A DNA stretch of 64,000 bases from Eledone cirrhosa. Lineage: Eukaryota. The position numbers and the translations under genes are program-made. Location of the stretch: assembly GCA_964016885.1 (NCBI GenBank), contig OZ024742.1:111228001-111292000 (forward strand), written 5' to 3'. This document shows positions 13,115 through 25,134 of the stretch, in pieces; positions within the stretch are counted from its first letter, which is position 1; each line of letters opens with the position of its first letter. The notes under the pieces were generated by a model that was not told where the DNA came from, searched no databases, and worked only from the letters and a program-made list of their open reading frames with translations.

Positions 13115-13850
13115 CTGGGACAAAACAAAAATAAATAGAGACATGGTATGTTGTTGCCTTTAAATGAATTGCACAACTATAGAAGAAAAAACATCCTAAA
13201 TACGTCAACTGACAAAGCCTGTGTGTATGTGAGCGTCTAGTCAAAATGCTATCAAGAAAGTAGAGCGATCTCTATCTCTCTATGTATACATAGAAGCAGA
13301 GTTAATAGATTTACAGAATCGTACTCACGATATTATATCACCGACCAATGGTTTCATGAAATAACAAAGCAAGTAGAAATGTTGGGGATAGCTGTTACTC
13401 ATATCTTCAGGCAAAAGTACATACAATTGTCTTAATTAGAATGCATAAGGGACAAAATGACTGATCGACGGCGGTAACTCTGGTATGAAAATATTCCTTG
13501 GAAAATAGGTAGTAGAATATATAAATATATGCAATCAATATATACATTCACATATACGTACACATGCTATTACTGACATACATTTATCTGTGCAATGTAC
13601 GGCTGGAAACGTGGGTGAACTTTTGTATACAAGTTTATGTATGTATATCAAGTATATAAACGCACAGGGCAGAAGATTGATTAAGTATCGCACTAATTGG
13701 GACGAAAGGTAGGAATGAATGATAATCGAATACAATGGTACAGACCAGTACTGGATAAATTTTATAAATATAACATTCACCCTCTGATAAGATCAATTCG
13801 GTTTATATATATCCCTCCTTGCTTTGGAACTGTTTATTATAGACTATTAG

Positions 13851-13939
13851 ATTAAATTACAATCCTACTGCACTTCTCCTTTTGACTCAATAATCCTTTA
13901 CATTGCTGGGCATACGTGCGTGCCGCTTTGGGTGAAAAG
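13851..13939 (+). other. Possible coding exon of an unidentified host gene
   Basis: ttag| acceptor, open frame IKLQSYCTSPFDSIILYIAGHTCVPLWVK, AAG|GTCAGT donor. No recognisable domain. Confidence 0.2.
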
Positions 13940-14457
13940 GTCAGTGTTTAAGATGTATCGCAAGAGATTAACTATATGACCAGAGACACTCAGTTCCTAT
14001 CATTTCACTTATAACTGCCATTAATTTACCAATCAATTTACTACACTTCCTCACAAAATACATTATGATCAGACTATGTATCTTTGGATCCAGTTACTAT
14101 TTTGTTGAAAGATATAATACGTTAAGAGATATTATAATTACTCTATGAAGTTAGATTAGCATGCAATTATTTTTCATATCCATAAACAATTTCTATGTAA
14201 CTTCCCCTAAATCACCTTAAATTTTATACTACAATATTTGATTGGGTTCATATAAAAATTTCATATCTATTCTTAACTATTATGATGTAACTCATATTTC
14301 ACTGAATTTGTTTTTTGACAAATTGTGTTGATAGATTTAAGTACCATTGCGTTTTATTGATATTATTTTTACAGTACCATAATTTTAGATCAAATTATTA
14401 CTTTTATACTGCTGCTGTTCATATTAACAGATATAGAATCTTTTTGTTTCAACGTAG

Positions 14458-14644
14458 GCAAACAAAAGATATTTGTACAATTAACGGAAAAGACTGCGAC
14501 GGTAAAAAAAAACTTGCATCCTTACAAAAATGATCATCTACATTGTTCAGGTATGCCGCTAAGGAAGGCAAGGACATCGTGCTCAATGGCCCAGCTTCCT
14601 CGAAACCCCTCCAATGTTATTCGACAGAAATTGACGATATATAG
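14458..14644 (+). other. Possible coding or terminal exon of an unidentified host gene
   Basis: Higher-GC island with acceptors at 14457| and 14550|. From 14551, phase-compatible with 13851-13939, it reads (R)YAAKEGKDIVLNGPASSKPLQCYSTEIDDI*. Other frames are also open. Confidence 0.2.
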
Positions 14645-15324
14645 TTTTTGTGATTTTAGATTTTTCTAAAACATACATTGACTTAACAACAGATGATAGT
14701 GAATGGATAAACGTTTAAAATGTGGAGTGATAGCTAATGTTACAATTCCCTATCATGTACACTTTATATGGCCAAGTCGAACAGAATTGAAATGCAATAT
14801 AACTGAAAAATATCTTCGGCTAGACATTTAGAAGAAATTTCCGAAGGTTTGCATAATCTATAATTAGGCATTTACAATAAAATAAATGTAAAATCTTAAA
14901 TACATATATTGATTAGAAAGTTATTTCCTAATGAGTTCGGTTACCAATTGCGAAAACATCATTATAAATGATGATTGAAAAGTGTTGGCTGTGAAATAGG
15001 GAGAATGTAATTAAGTTATGTTGAATTAGAGAAATATGTGTTACCTTATAACTGGTAGTTATAATGTGTTACCTTATAACTACAGCTGTTAGCAGTTCCT
15101 GGCTTTCAAAGTCGTATGAGTCTATAATTTACTATAAAGAGTGAATGCGTAAATACTTCTAATAATTAAGTTATAATATACATTTATTAATAGAGAAACA
15201 ATTGGGAATATATATTTTCTCTGTTTAATTACTGAACTTTTTTGAAACTATAATTATTTCCATTAGTTATGAATCAGCAATGAGTAAGTTACTTACACAT
15301 TTTAGAACATTACTTCACATGTAC

Positions 15325-15386
<62 letters not shown>

Positions 15387-15394
15387 AGCAAATA

Positions 15395-15455
<61 letters not shown>

Positions 15456-15768
15456 GCTATGTATATATGCGCGATAAGCAACAATAGCATGGACTGTGTG
15501 TCCATAACCACAGCAAGGTCGGTAGCAACCAGCTGTCATGAGTAATATTAATCAAAATATTGTAACTCTGGATATAACATACAGCTTACCTTTTCTTTCA
15601 GAAATTCTTCGGAAACACTTGATTCTACATATCTACATATACATATGTATGTGTGCGTATATATTATGTACACACGCACAAATATGTAGATCGTGTCTCC
15701 ACACTTACCTGCAGACACGTTTCCCGTCTCTAGGCGAACTATATCCGATAGGTGTATATGTATGTACA

Positions 15769-15985
15769 AGGCGCGTGGCTGAGTGATTAGAGAATTGGAT
15801 TCGCAATCATGAAGTTGTGAGTTCAATTCCTAGACCGGGCGATCCGTTATATCCTTGAGCAAAACACTTTATTTCACGTTGCTCCTTCTGCCTGGATTTG
15901 CGACTAGTAGATACTATTATCAATTGGACCAAGGAAACATTGTTTCCTTGGTCTGATTTGACGAGGTCTGGGATCTCGACTGTCA
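15769..15985 (+). mobile_element. tRNA-derived SINE family B
   Basis: A-box TGGCTGAGTGATT, B-box GAGTTCAATTCC, TCCTTGAGCAAAACACTT core, and a 13-bp-arm hairpin at 15927-15953. Confidence 0.8.
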
Positions 15986-16505
15986 ATATATATATATATA
16001 TATATCCAATACACACGCAAACATATTAAACAATGAACATATATATAACCTTCCGGATGTGAGATCATGTTTTAAAATAGATGTTGATATATTTTGGGAC
16101 AATCACGATGCAAAAAAACAGTTCTTCACTCCGTTCTTTTCCTAGTAATGTAGTTAATCCCTTTAATACTTGCATTAGCTCATGCTGGTTACTTTATTAT
16201 TATTCCAACTGGACTGAATTGAATGAAATCGAACGAGCTGAATAAATAGAGGGATAAATTACATTGAGAATGTCACATGGTGTATGGCGTAAAAGCTTTG
16301 ACAATTAAACAATCTTCTGACTTGTAAATCAACTAATATTTAGATTAGATCCCTAACTAATAACAAAAACCGAAGCGAAACGCAATTGGTGAATTTGGCC
16401 TTGTTTGTAGAATACCCCTCCGAGTCTATAACAGGATATATATAGTAGTTAGTTTATGTACGTATGTACGTACGCATGTATGTATGTACGTACGTATGTA
16501 TGTAT

Positions 16506-17045
16506 GTCGGATCACTCTTGAGTGCTTCTGGTAGCACGTAATCCAGTACAACCTGTCGCATGGTCGGGTCGTCGGCGACTAAACCAGGAACCCCACTAAG
16601 TTTACTTGGTGAGGAGGGTGATTTTGGACACCCGGCAGGACAAAAAACAAAACCTGACAAAGGGCGGAAGAACTCTTAAGAGTCAACGGCCATCCAAAAG
16701 TGTGTAAATATGTATATACACATGTACCGCGTGGTTAAACCACTGGGAGTGAAGGACCCCTAGCCTTACTCAGGGCATTCTTCTAGGAGAAGGCAACTCC
16801 GGAAACTGGGATAACTCCGATATAAAACCTGCGGCTCAGTAGTTACCGATGATATTGATCTTTTCTTCTTTTCGGGTTATAGCTATTGTCGCTCAGGGAG
16901 TGGGATTGGCTCAGTGCACAGTCTTTCCTCACTTTCAAAAATATCTTCACGCACAGGCATTGCACGATATAATTAATTAATAATTATTAATAATGGTATA
17001 TCGTGCAATGGCCATACTTCATAACGAGGGGGCAGCCATCATCAT
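16506..17045 (+). mobile_element. Non-autonomous RTE-derived element, diverged copy
   Basis: 5' region homologous to 17098-17708; 3' end ...GAGGGGGCAGCCATC followed by (ATGT)n. Confidence 0.65.
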
Positions 17046-17097
17046 TATGTATGTATGTATGTATGTATGTATGTATGTATGTATGTATGTATGTATG

Positions 17098-17708
17098 TCA
17101 GGTCACCACTTGGTGCTACTGGTAACATGTATCCCAGTACAACCTGTCTCATGGTCGGGTCGTTGGCGACTAAACTGGCAACCCCACCAAGGTTTCTTGG
17201 TGAGGAGGGTGACTTTGGACATCCTGCAGGACTAAAAACAAAACCTGTCAAAGGGCAAAGGAGCTCTTAAGAGTCAATGGCCATCCAAAATCACTGGGAG
17301 AGATGACCCCTTAGCCTTTGTCAAGGCAGAATTCTAGGAGAAGGAAAACTCTGAATTAACACCTTCAACCCTGATGGTATCCAATGATGTTGACTTGTTC
17401 TTCTTTTTGGTAAATATCATCTTGGTTAAGAGAGTGGGACTGGCTTTGTGCAGTGCCTTTGCTCACTATAAAAGCTTCATGGCACAGGCATTGCTTTGTA
17501 TCTGGAGATCTCTCTGCACTTGTCGTCACATGGTACCAAAGGTAAAGCACTATGTGTCAATAATTGTCACAAGTGTAGTGTTTGTACCAGAGTTTTCAAG
17601 TCGCTGGCTGGACTAAAAAGTCACACTCGTTCAGCGCATCGGTAGGGGTTCTCCTACATGGATATAAAGTAGTGGCCGTACTCGAAAACGAGTTGGCAGC
17701 CACCATGT
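17098..17708 (+). mobile_element. Non-autonomous RTE-derived (5' UTR + 3' tail) element
   Basis: No ORF. Ends GAAAACGAGTTGGCAGCCACC(ATGT)n, resembling the adjacent RTE 3' end GAAATGGAATTGCTGCCATC(ATGT)n. Near-identical to 18564-19122. Confidence 0.7.
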
Positions 17709-17734
17709 ATGTATGTGTGTATTTATTTATGTAA

Positions 17735-18481
17735 GCATCTGAGACGTGGGTCACTTACTGAAGGCTTCACAAAAGGCTGGAGCACTTTCAGCAACAATGT
17801 CTTCGACGTATACAAGGCATCCACTGGAAAATGTACGTCACGACAGTGAAGTCCTCGAACTCAGTCGGTCTACCAGTATAGAGACGCACATATTTCAACA
17901 TCGAGTAAGATGGAATAGTCTTGTGGTGAGAATGGATGAGGATCGTATCCCTAGTCAGTTCCTGTTAGGTGAGCTGGGGGAAGGTAAAAGACCGGCGCCT
18001 AAATCAAAATTAAGGTACATAGATTGCATTAGAATGAGTGGGAGAACCTCGCATTAGATCGATGTTCCTGCAGGAAAACACTGCAGCATGGGAGGGGAGA
18101 ATTTGAAAGAAACTGTGTTGAGCATGAACACCTCAAGCGGTGTGTTCGGAACGGCCTTGGTTTTGGTTTGCCCGAGTATCTTGGTATGCAGAATGATTTA
18201 ACCTGCAAAGAATATGGTCGGTTATGGAAGACATCGGGGAAGTCACGTACATGGGGACACTATAAACAGTGCATTGTATGGCATTTCTGTTTGCAGGGAA
18301 TGTACGAAACGTCATTTGAAAGTACACTAAAACAGCTCCGTAACAACTATCGTATGAGGCCCCATCTTTGCAACATCTGTGCAAGAATGTGCATATCCCT
18401 AGAAGGACTCAAAAGTCATTTCTGTGTTGCTCGTGCATAAGTATCAAGCTGAGCATTATCGAAATGGAATTGCTGCCATCA
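17735..18481 (+). pseudogene. RTE-clade LINE 3' remnant (post-RT region plus C2H2-like fingers)
   Basis: EVLE...RVRWNSLVVRMDEDRIPSQFLLGELGEGKRP...KLRYIDCI and LCNICARMCISLEGLKSH; (ATGT)n tail. Confidence 0.85.
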
Positions 18482-18563
18482 TGTATGTATGTTTATCTGC
18501 GTGTATATATGTATATATATATATATCTATGGATGCATGTATGCCTGTATGTATGCATGTATG

Positions 18564-19122
18564 TATGGTCGGGTCGTTGGCGACTAAACTGGCAACCCCA
18601 CCAAGGTTTCTTGGTGAGGAGGGTGACTTTGGACATCCTGCAGGACTAAAAACAAAACCTGTCAAAGGGCAAAGGAGCTCTTAAGAGTCAATGGCCATCC
18701 AAAATCACCGGGAGAGATGACCCCTTAGCCTTTGTCAAGGCAGAATTCTAGGAGAAGGAAAACTCTGATATAACACCTGCAACCCTGATGGTATCCAATG
18801 ATGTTGACTTGTTCTTCTTTTTGGTAAATATCATCTTGGTTAAGAGAGTGGGACTGGCTTTGTGCAGTGCCTTTGCTCACTGTAAAAGCTTCACGGCACA
18901 GGCATTGCTTTATATCTGGAGATCTCTCTGCACTTGTCGTCACATGGTACCATGGGCCCAGCACTTTGTGTCAGTGGTTGTCACAGGTGTAGTGTTTGTA
19001 CCAGAGTTTTCAAGTCGCTGGCTGGACTAAAAAGTCACACTCGTTCAGCGCATCGGTAGGGGTTCTCCTACATGGATATAAAGTAGTGGCCGTACTCGAA
19101 AACGAGTTGGCAGCCACCATGT
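18564..19122 (+). mobile_element. Non-autonomous RTE-derived element, 5' truncated copy
   Basis: Near-identical to 17151-17708 and flanked by (ATGT)n. Confidence 0.7.
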
Positions 19123-19224
19123 ATGTATGAATGTATGTGTTTATGTGCGTGTATGTATGCATGTATGAATGCATGTATGTATGAATCTATGTGTGTATGT
19201 GCGTGTATGTATCTCTCTCTCTAC

Positions 19225-19296
<72 letters not shown>

Positions 19297-19298
19297 AA

Positions 19299-19370
<72 letters not shown>

Positions 19371-19396
19371 CATATATATAAATATATATATATAAC

Positions 19397-19455
<59 letters not shown>

Positions 19456-20052
19456 GTATAAATATATATATATATTTCGTTTCTGAATTTGTTTAGCAAG
19501 ATTCTTTATCTGAAATCGTGTGTTGAAACCGATATTGTTATACTTTGGGAGGGTCATGTTGCCAATAAGAAACACACGCACCAGTTGCTTTCACTTCAAT
19601 TTATTATATATTTATAAATTTATAAATTTACAAATCTACAAACTTATAACTTATAAATTTCTGGTTGGTTGGTTGGTTCCACAACCAGATAGTTGTTTAT
19701 ATATATAGTCATAGTCCTTTCGTCACACACTCTGTGACCTCTTCAGTGACTGGGGATTCCTTTCTTTGTTTCTGTGCCTTTCCTTTCTTCTATCCTACGC
19801 CATTTTGTTTCTGTGTGTGTGTTGTGTGCTCAGTTTGCGCATGTGCCACATCCGGGTGTCTGTGTGTGTTTGTGTTCATTTATTTATTTGTTTATTTATT
19901 TATTTATTTGTTGTTGGTTGGTTGTTTGTTCTATGTGTGTGTGTGTTTTCATTTTGTCCTGTGTGTGTTTTCATTTTGTCCTTAATTGTAAGTTGTTTGT
20001 TCTATGTGTGTGTGTGTTTTCATTTTGTCCTGTGTGTGTTTTCATTTTGTCC

Positions 20053-21215
20053 TTAATTGTAAGTTGTGATGTTACTGTTCCACTCATATTTTCTATTTAA
20101 TTTTGGTTGTAATTCTTTTATGCTTACTGCCTCTGTAATTTGCCTAAACATTGCATCTTTTCTGTGTGTGGATTCTATTTTTATTTCTATGTTCTCTAAT
20201 CTACCCCTGTGTTCTATCTTAGCACGTTGGTAGAGCACAGATGATTCTTTATTATCTTGAAGGTCTCCCCAGTGTTCATTTATTCGTTCCCTATACTACG
20301 AGCTGTCTCACCTATGTACGCTATATTTTTGTTTCTACATTGTCCTTCAGTACATCTTATGCTATACACTACATTTCTAGTTTTACAGTTAATATGGGGC
20401 TTATTTTACAGGTTATACATTTCTTATCTATACATGAGGGTCTTTGGAACGGGTATGTCTTGCTAATAAGTGTTTTTACGGAGGTACCTGGTCTTTCTAC
20501 TATCTTAATATTGAGTTTATGTTTATTTAGGGCCCTTCTAAATTTGTAGGCTAGTTCGCCTCTAGGGGTTGTATTGATGAACATTACACTCTGGTATTTA
20601 TTGCTATCATACCATGAGTCTATTCTATTGGCCTTGTTCCTAGTTATTTCTATTCTATTCCAAAATTTGCTCCTATACAAGGGGCAGGTCCCATTTATTT
20701 CATTATTTACCATTTTTTCCCATTTGGTTCTGGCTCCTCTATACACTCTGATTCTATCTCTCTGATTGTAGACATAGAACCGCATACGGTGGATGAAGTG
20801 TTGTATGTGTCTCTCTAGTTCTTCGGGGTTGCACATGCGGGACACATTTCTTATCACCCGTACCAAATCCGCAATCAGTATGTTGATTTTGGTATGGCCC
20901 GAAATGGCCGAGTTTCGGTGGATCAGATGTTTGGAAGTCATGGGTTTGGCATAATGGGAATGGAGGATTTGTTTTTGGTTGTTAATGGTATCTAACCAGA
21001 GCTCTGTCCAGTACAGGTAATCGATAGTTGGGGTGTCTACTTGGGTAGTCTATAGTAACTCTAATACTCTGGTGGATGGAGTTTGCTATTTGCTGGATGC
21101 TTTCCATTGTGTTTTTCTCTAGTTCCTGACTGTTCTTTAGTGGGGGTGTCTTAACTACGATGTTTATATCATCTACGTAGCGGGAGTACATAATCAGGGT
21201 TAAGCTGTCTTCTAA
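20053..21215 (-). pseudogene. PLE RT (YVDD) to GIY-YIG endonuclease, frameshifted
   Basis: MYSRYVDDI, LPVLD and CIDKKCITC; the inverted copy (21407-21724, +) shows VYSIRC..C..IVYIGETARSIGERINEH...EAVSI....PKLN. Confidence 0.9.
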
Positions 21216-22025
21216 GCGAACTAGCCTACAGATTTAGAAGGGCCCTAAATAAACATAAACTCAATATTAAGATAGTAGAAAGACCAGGTACCTCCGTAAA
21301 AACACTTATTAGCAAGACATACCCGTTCCAAAGACCCTCATGTATAGATAAGAAATGTATAACCTGTAAAATAAGCCCCCATATTAACTGTAAAACTAGA
21401 AATGTAGTGTATAGCATAAGATGTACTGAAGGACAATGTAGAAACAAAAATATAGTGTACATAGGTGAGACAGCTCGTAGTATAGGGGAACGAATAAATG
21501 AACACTGGCGAGACCTTCAAGATAATAAAGAATCATCTGTGCTCTACCAACATGCTAAGATAGAACACAGGGGTAGATTAGAGAACATAGAAATAAAAAT
21601 AGAATCCACACACAGAAAAGATGCAATGTTTAGGCAAATTACAGAGGCAGTAAGCATAAAAGAATTACAACCAAAATTAAATAGAAAATATGAGTGGAAC
21701 AGAAACATCACAACTTACAATTAAGGACAAAATGAAAACATACACAGGACAAAATGAAAACACACACACACATAGAACAAACAACTTACAATTAAGGACA
21801 AAATGAAATCACACACAGGACAAAATGAAAACACACACACACATAGAACAAACAACCAACCAACAATAAATAAATAAATAAATAAACAAATAGATAAATG
21901 AACACAAACACACACAGACTCCCGGATGTGGCGCATGCGCAAACTGAGCACACAACACACACACAGAAACAAAATGGCGTAGGATAGAAGAAAGGAAAGG
22001 CACAGAAACAAAGAAAGGAATCCCC

Positions 22026-22070
22026 AGTCACTGAAGAGGTCACAGAGTGTGTGACGAAAGGACTATGACT
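22026..22070 (+). ncRNA. Type I hammerhead ribozyme (mirror copy 19707-19751 on -; family copies 50115-50157 on - and partial 63604-63643 on +)
   Basis: agtca-CTGAAGA-g-gtcac(agagtgt)gtgac-GAAA-ggac-TA-tgact: perfect 5-bp stem I and minimal stem III. Confidence 0.8.
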
Positions 22071-22235
22071 ATATATAAACAACTATCTGGTTGTGGAACC
22101 AACCAACCAACCAGAAATTTATAAGTTATAAGTTTGTAGATTTGTAAATTTATAAATTTATAAATATATAATAAATTGAAGTGAAAGCAACTGGTGCGTG
22201 TGTTTCTTATTGGCAACATGACCCTCCCAAAGTAT

Positions 22236-22309
<74 letters not shown>

Positions 22310-23110
22310 TATATATATATATATATATAGATTTATATATATATATATATATATAAATCCGAAAAGTGTAAGTATTGACTGTTGAGAAACAAGTAGTATC
22401 ACCGAATCATAAAATATAACAATCACTAATAATCATAAATATTATATAGTCTCTGCCAAAAGTATTTGTTGCTTCATCCAATATATATTTATTTCGTTTA
22501 ACTAGTGACACATATTAATCAACAATTTTTACATATACAAAAGTAGCAAATACAGTCACATATGCACATGAAACAAAATGGAGTTCTGCATTTAATGGAT
22601 ATCAGTCCATAATTTCTTTATGTAGAAAGTTACATATTTGAAATCTAAATAATCGTTTTAGGAAATATTGAAAATGTATTAATATGTCGAAGATGGAAAA
22701 TTTTACTGTGACATAAAATGACAAGCTAAATATGTAAGGAAATATATTTACATTAAATGACTTGTGCTATAGAATGACTGAGACTTATAATTCCATGAAA
22801 TTTGTATTCATAGAATCACATCCATACACAGAGCCACATAGATGCCCGCGTACCTAAATTAGTATTAACACGGAGTAGTTGTTAAAATGTTACGCTCATT
22901 CTCATTGGTTTGTACCTGGTAAAAGTCTCTTATTCTCGCATTGCTTCACATCTGAATATAAATCAGTTGGTATTGAAACCTGCTATGAGCAGGCCTTCTG
23001 TCGAGGGTAAAGTCTGGGATTCTCAGTTATTCATCATCAAGAAACTTCTACTTATAGTCTTTATACTTGGTATCCATGGGTACTTCCAGGACATTATATT
23101 TAGATTTTAT

Positions 23111-23226
23111 TGAGTTCAAATCCCGCCGAGGTTGACTTTGCATTTCATCCTTACGGGGTCGATAAAATAAAGTACCAGTAATGCACTGAGTAATTGCTGG
23201 CCTTGTGCCTAAAGTAGAAACAATTA
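23111..23226 (+). mobile_element. SINE family A, 5' truncated, with TSD
   Basis: Core match; ATTATATTTAGATTTTAT duplicated at 23093-23110 and 23223-23240. Confidence 0.9.
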
Positions 23227-23882
23227 TATTTAGATTTTATATTTATTTTATGATATCGCGTTCTCTGTATGTCTGTCTCTCACTCCATGTCACACTCTTT
23301 TTTAACTGTATATATATATGAAAAAGAGAGATGGGAGTAAAAGAGGGTGACTTCATATTCCCATTGCCACTTACTTTCGTTTAACTGCCATTAAATTTGA
23401 TCTTGATTCTATGTAAAATTATGTTATGCAATTAGATACAAGAATGCTTAGCTTTTGTTATGTTTGATATTTCAGTTCGAGCCCGCAAGTATATTTCCTA
23501 CGTTGAATATTCGAAATATTCGAATATCTAATATTGAAATTTCATTGCATTGGAACATACAATGCCAAATTAAATATATTATAAAATTGTTCCTCATAAC
23601 TGCTCGTTTCTATTCATAAATTGCTAATTAAATCATACTGAAGTGTGATAATCGTGTTATACGTTTTAAATATTCATACCTATTGAATGGGAATAAACAT
23701 ATTAAACTCCTTATAAATTATACATGATAGGTACTTCCAAATGCAATGTTATTATCAAATGCAAAACCTAATTGTTTCATTTATATATATATATCCCCCA
23801 CCAACACCCCACTCTCCAGAGCGTGAAATTAATAAACATTCGTTGTACTGCCTCTCTCTTTTGTCCCTGTTCAAATTTTTCC

Positions 23883-23967
<85 letters not shown>

Positions 23968-24289
23968 GAATATAAAAGAGAGATAAACACAAATATATAC
24001 ATATGTGTTCAAATCGTAAGGGACCAGATTCGCTAGGGGATATATGTACATATATATACATATATATATCTGTGTGTGTATGTGTGTGTGTGTGTGTGTG
24101 CGTGTGTACAGAGAAAGAGGCAGAGAGACACAGAGAGAGATTAGGTAGCAGAGAAGTAGATATTGCACCTATGTAATAAATTCTGTAGAAGAAAATGTAA
24201 TGAGTCGTTTTTCTTTGGCGTGGTGAAGGACTGAATATCACGAAATCGGCAGCAGCCATGTAACTTTCAGGAGCTTGGAGAATAGTTGC

Positions 24290-24930
24290 TAAAATGAGGT
24301 TATCTGACCTAACCTAATGCATGCAACAAATTGCATTAATCTAAATATGCCTAAGTCCCAGTTCATGTTCAGAAAATGAGCTAAATTTACACACCCAATA
24401 AGAGATGCGCACACTCCGTTTAGAATTCTGATTTCTGTGTGCCAGGGAATAAGGAATAAGACACTCACACAAAATATAATGCAGTAGGGTCGATCACAAT
24501 TCATTCATGCATATGTTTAAATACTTCATGCTAAACGTAAAGTCATCTATTGTGGTGGTGGTTGTGGACTGAATGTACAGATAGCGCACTCGGTACCTTT
24601 ATAGGAGAGACACCAACCTGCATACAACGGTATGGGCAGTGCCCATATCGTTGTATGTGCCCATTGGGTATAATTGCTAACTGTCCCATCAACAACGCAG
24701 AAGTTTGCATGAGAGCGTATGTGGGCCACAACATCACATATAAACAATGTAGACACTCTTACATCGGAAGTACCATCAGGACTCTGCATATGGGTATCGA
24801 GAATCATATAACAACGAGAGCTTCTTCTCCCTAAAACCTATCTTGACAGATGCCGCATAATTGAAGTCATCATAGAGGCAACGGAAAAGAATGTGGGAAA
24901 TTTAAGAACCAAAGGGGCCATCATCATCAA
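24290..24930 (+). pseudogene. Decayed PLE GIY-YIG remnant
   Basis: CPINNAEVC...NITYKQCRHSYIGSTIRTLHMGIENH in ORF 24550-24834. Confidence 0.55.
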
Positions 24931-24955
24931 CAAGAAAAATCCAAAAGTAAATAAT

Positions 24956-25134
24956 TGTTTCTACTTTTGGCACAAGGCCAGCAATTATCCAGTGTATTAC
25001 TGGTACTTTATTTTATCGACCCCGTAAGGATGAAAGGCAAAGTCAACCTCGGCGGGATTTGAACTCAGATCGTAAAGGGACGTAACTATGCTGGAAAGCA
25101 TGGCGTCCGACCCTCTACCGATACTGCCAATCCA
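24956..25134 (-). mobile_element. SINE family A with TSD
   Basis: Reverse complement of the unit at 2138; AATCCAAAAGTAAATAAT at 24938-24955 and 25129-25146. Confidence 0.9.

Larger units (their letters stand above)
19476..22242 (-). mobile_element. Penelope-like element, 5' truncated, with a ~1.03-kb inverted copy of its 3' end
   Basis: Inverted arms 19532-20559 and 21216-22242, RT/GIY-YIG coding remnants, a hammerhead in each arm, inserted in (TA)n. Confidence 0.92.
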
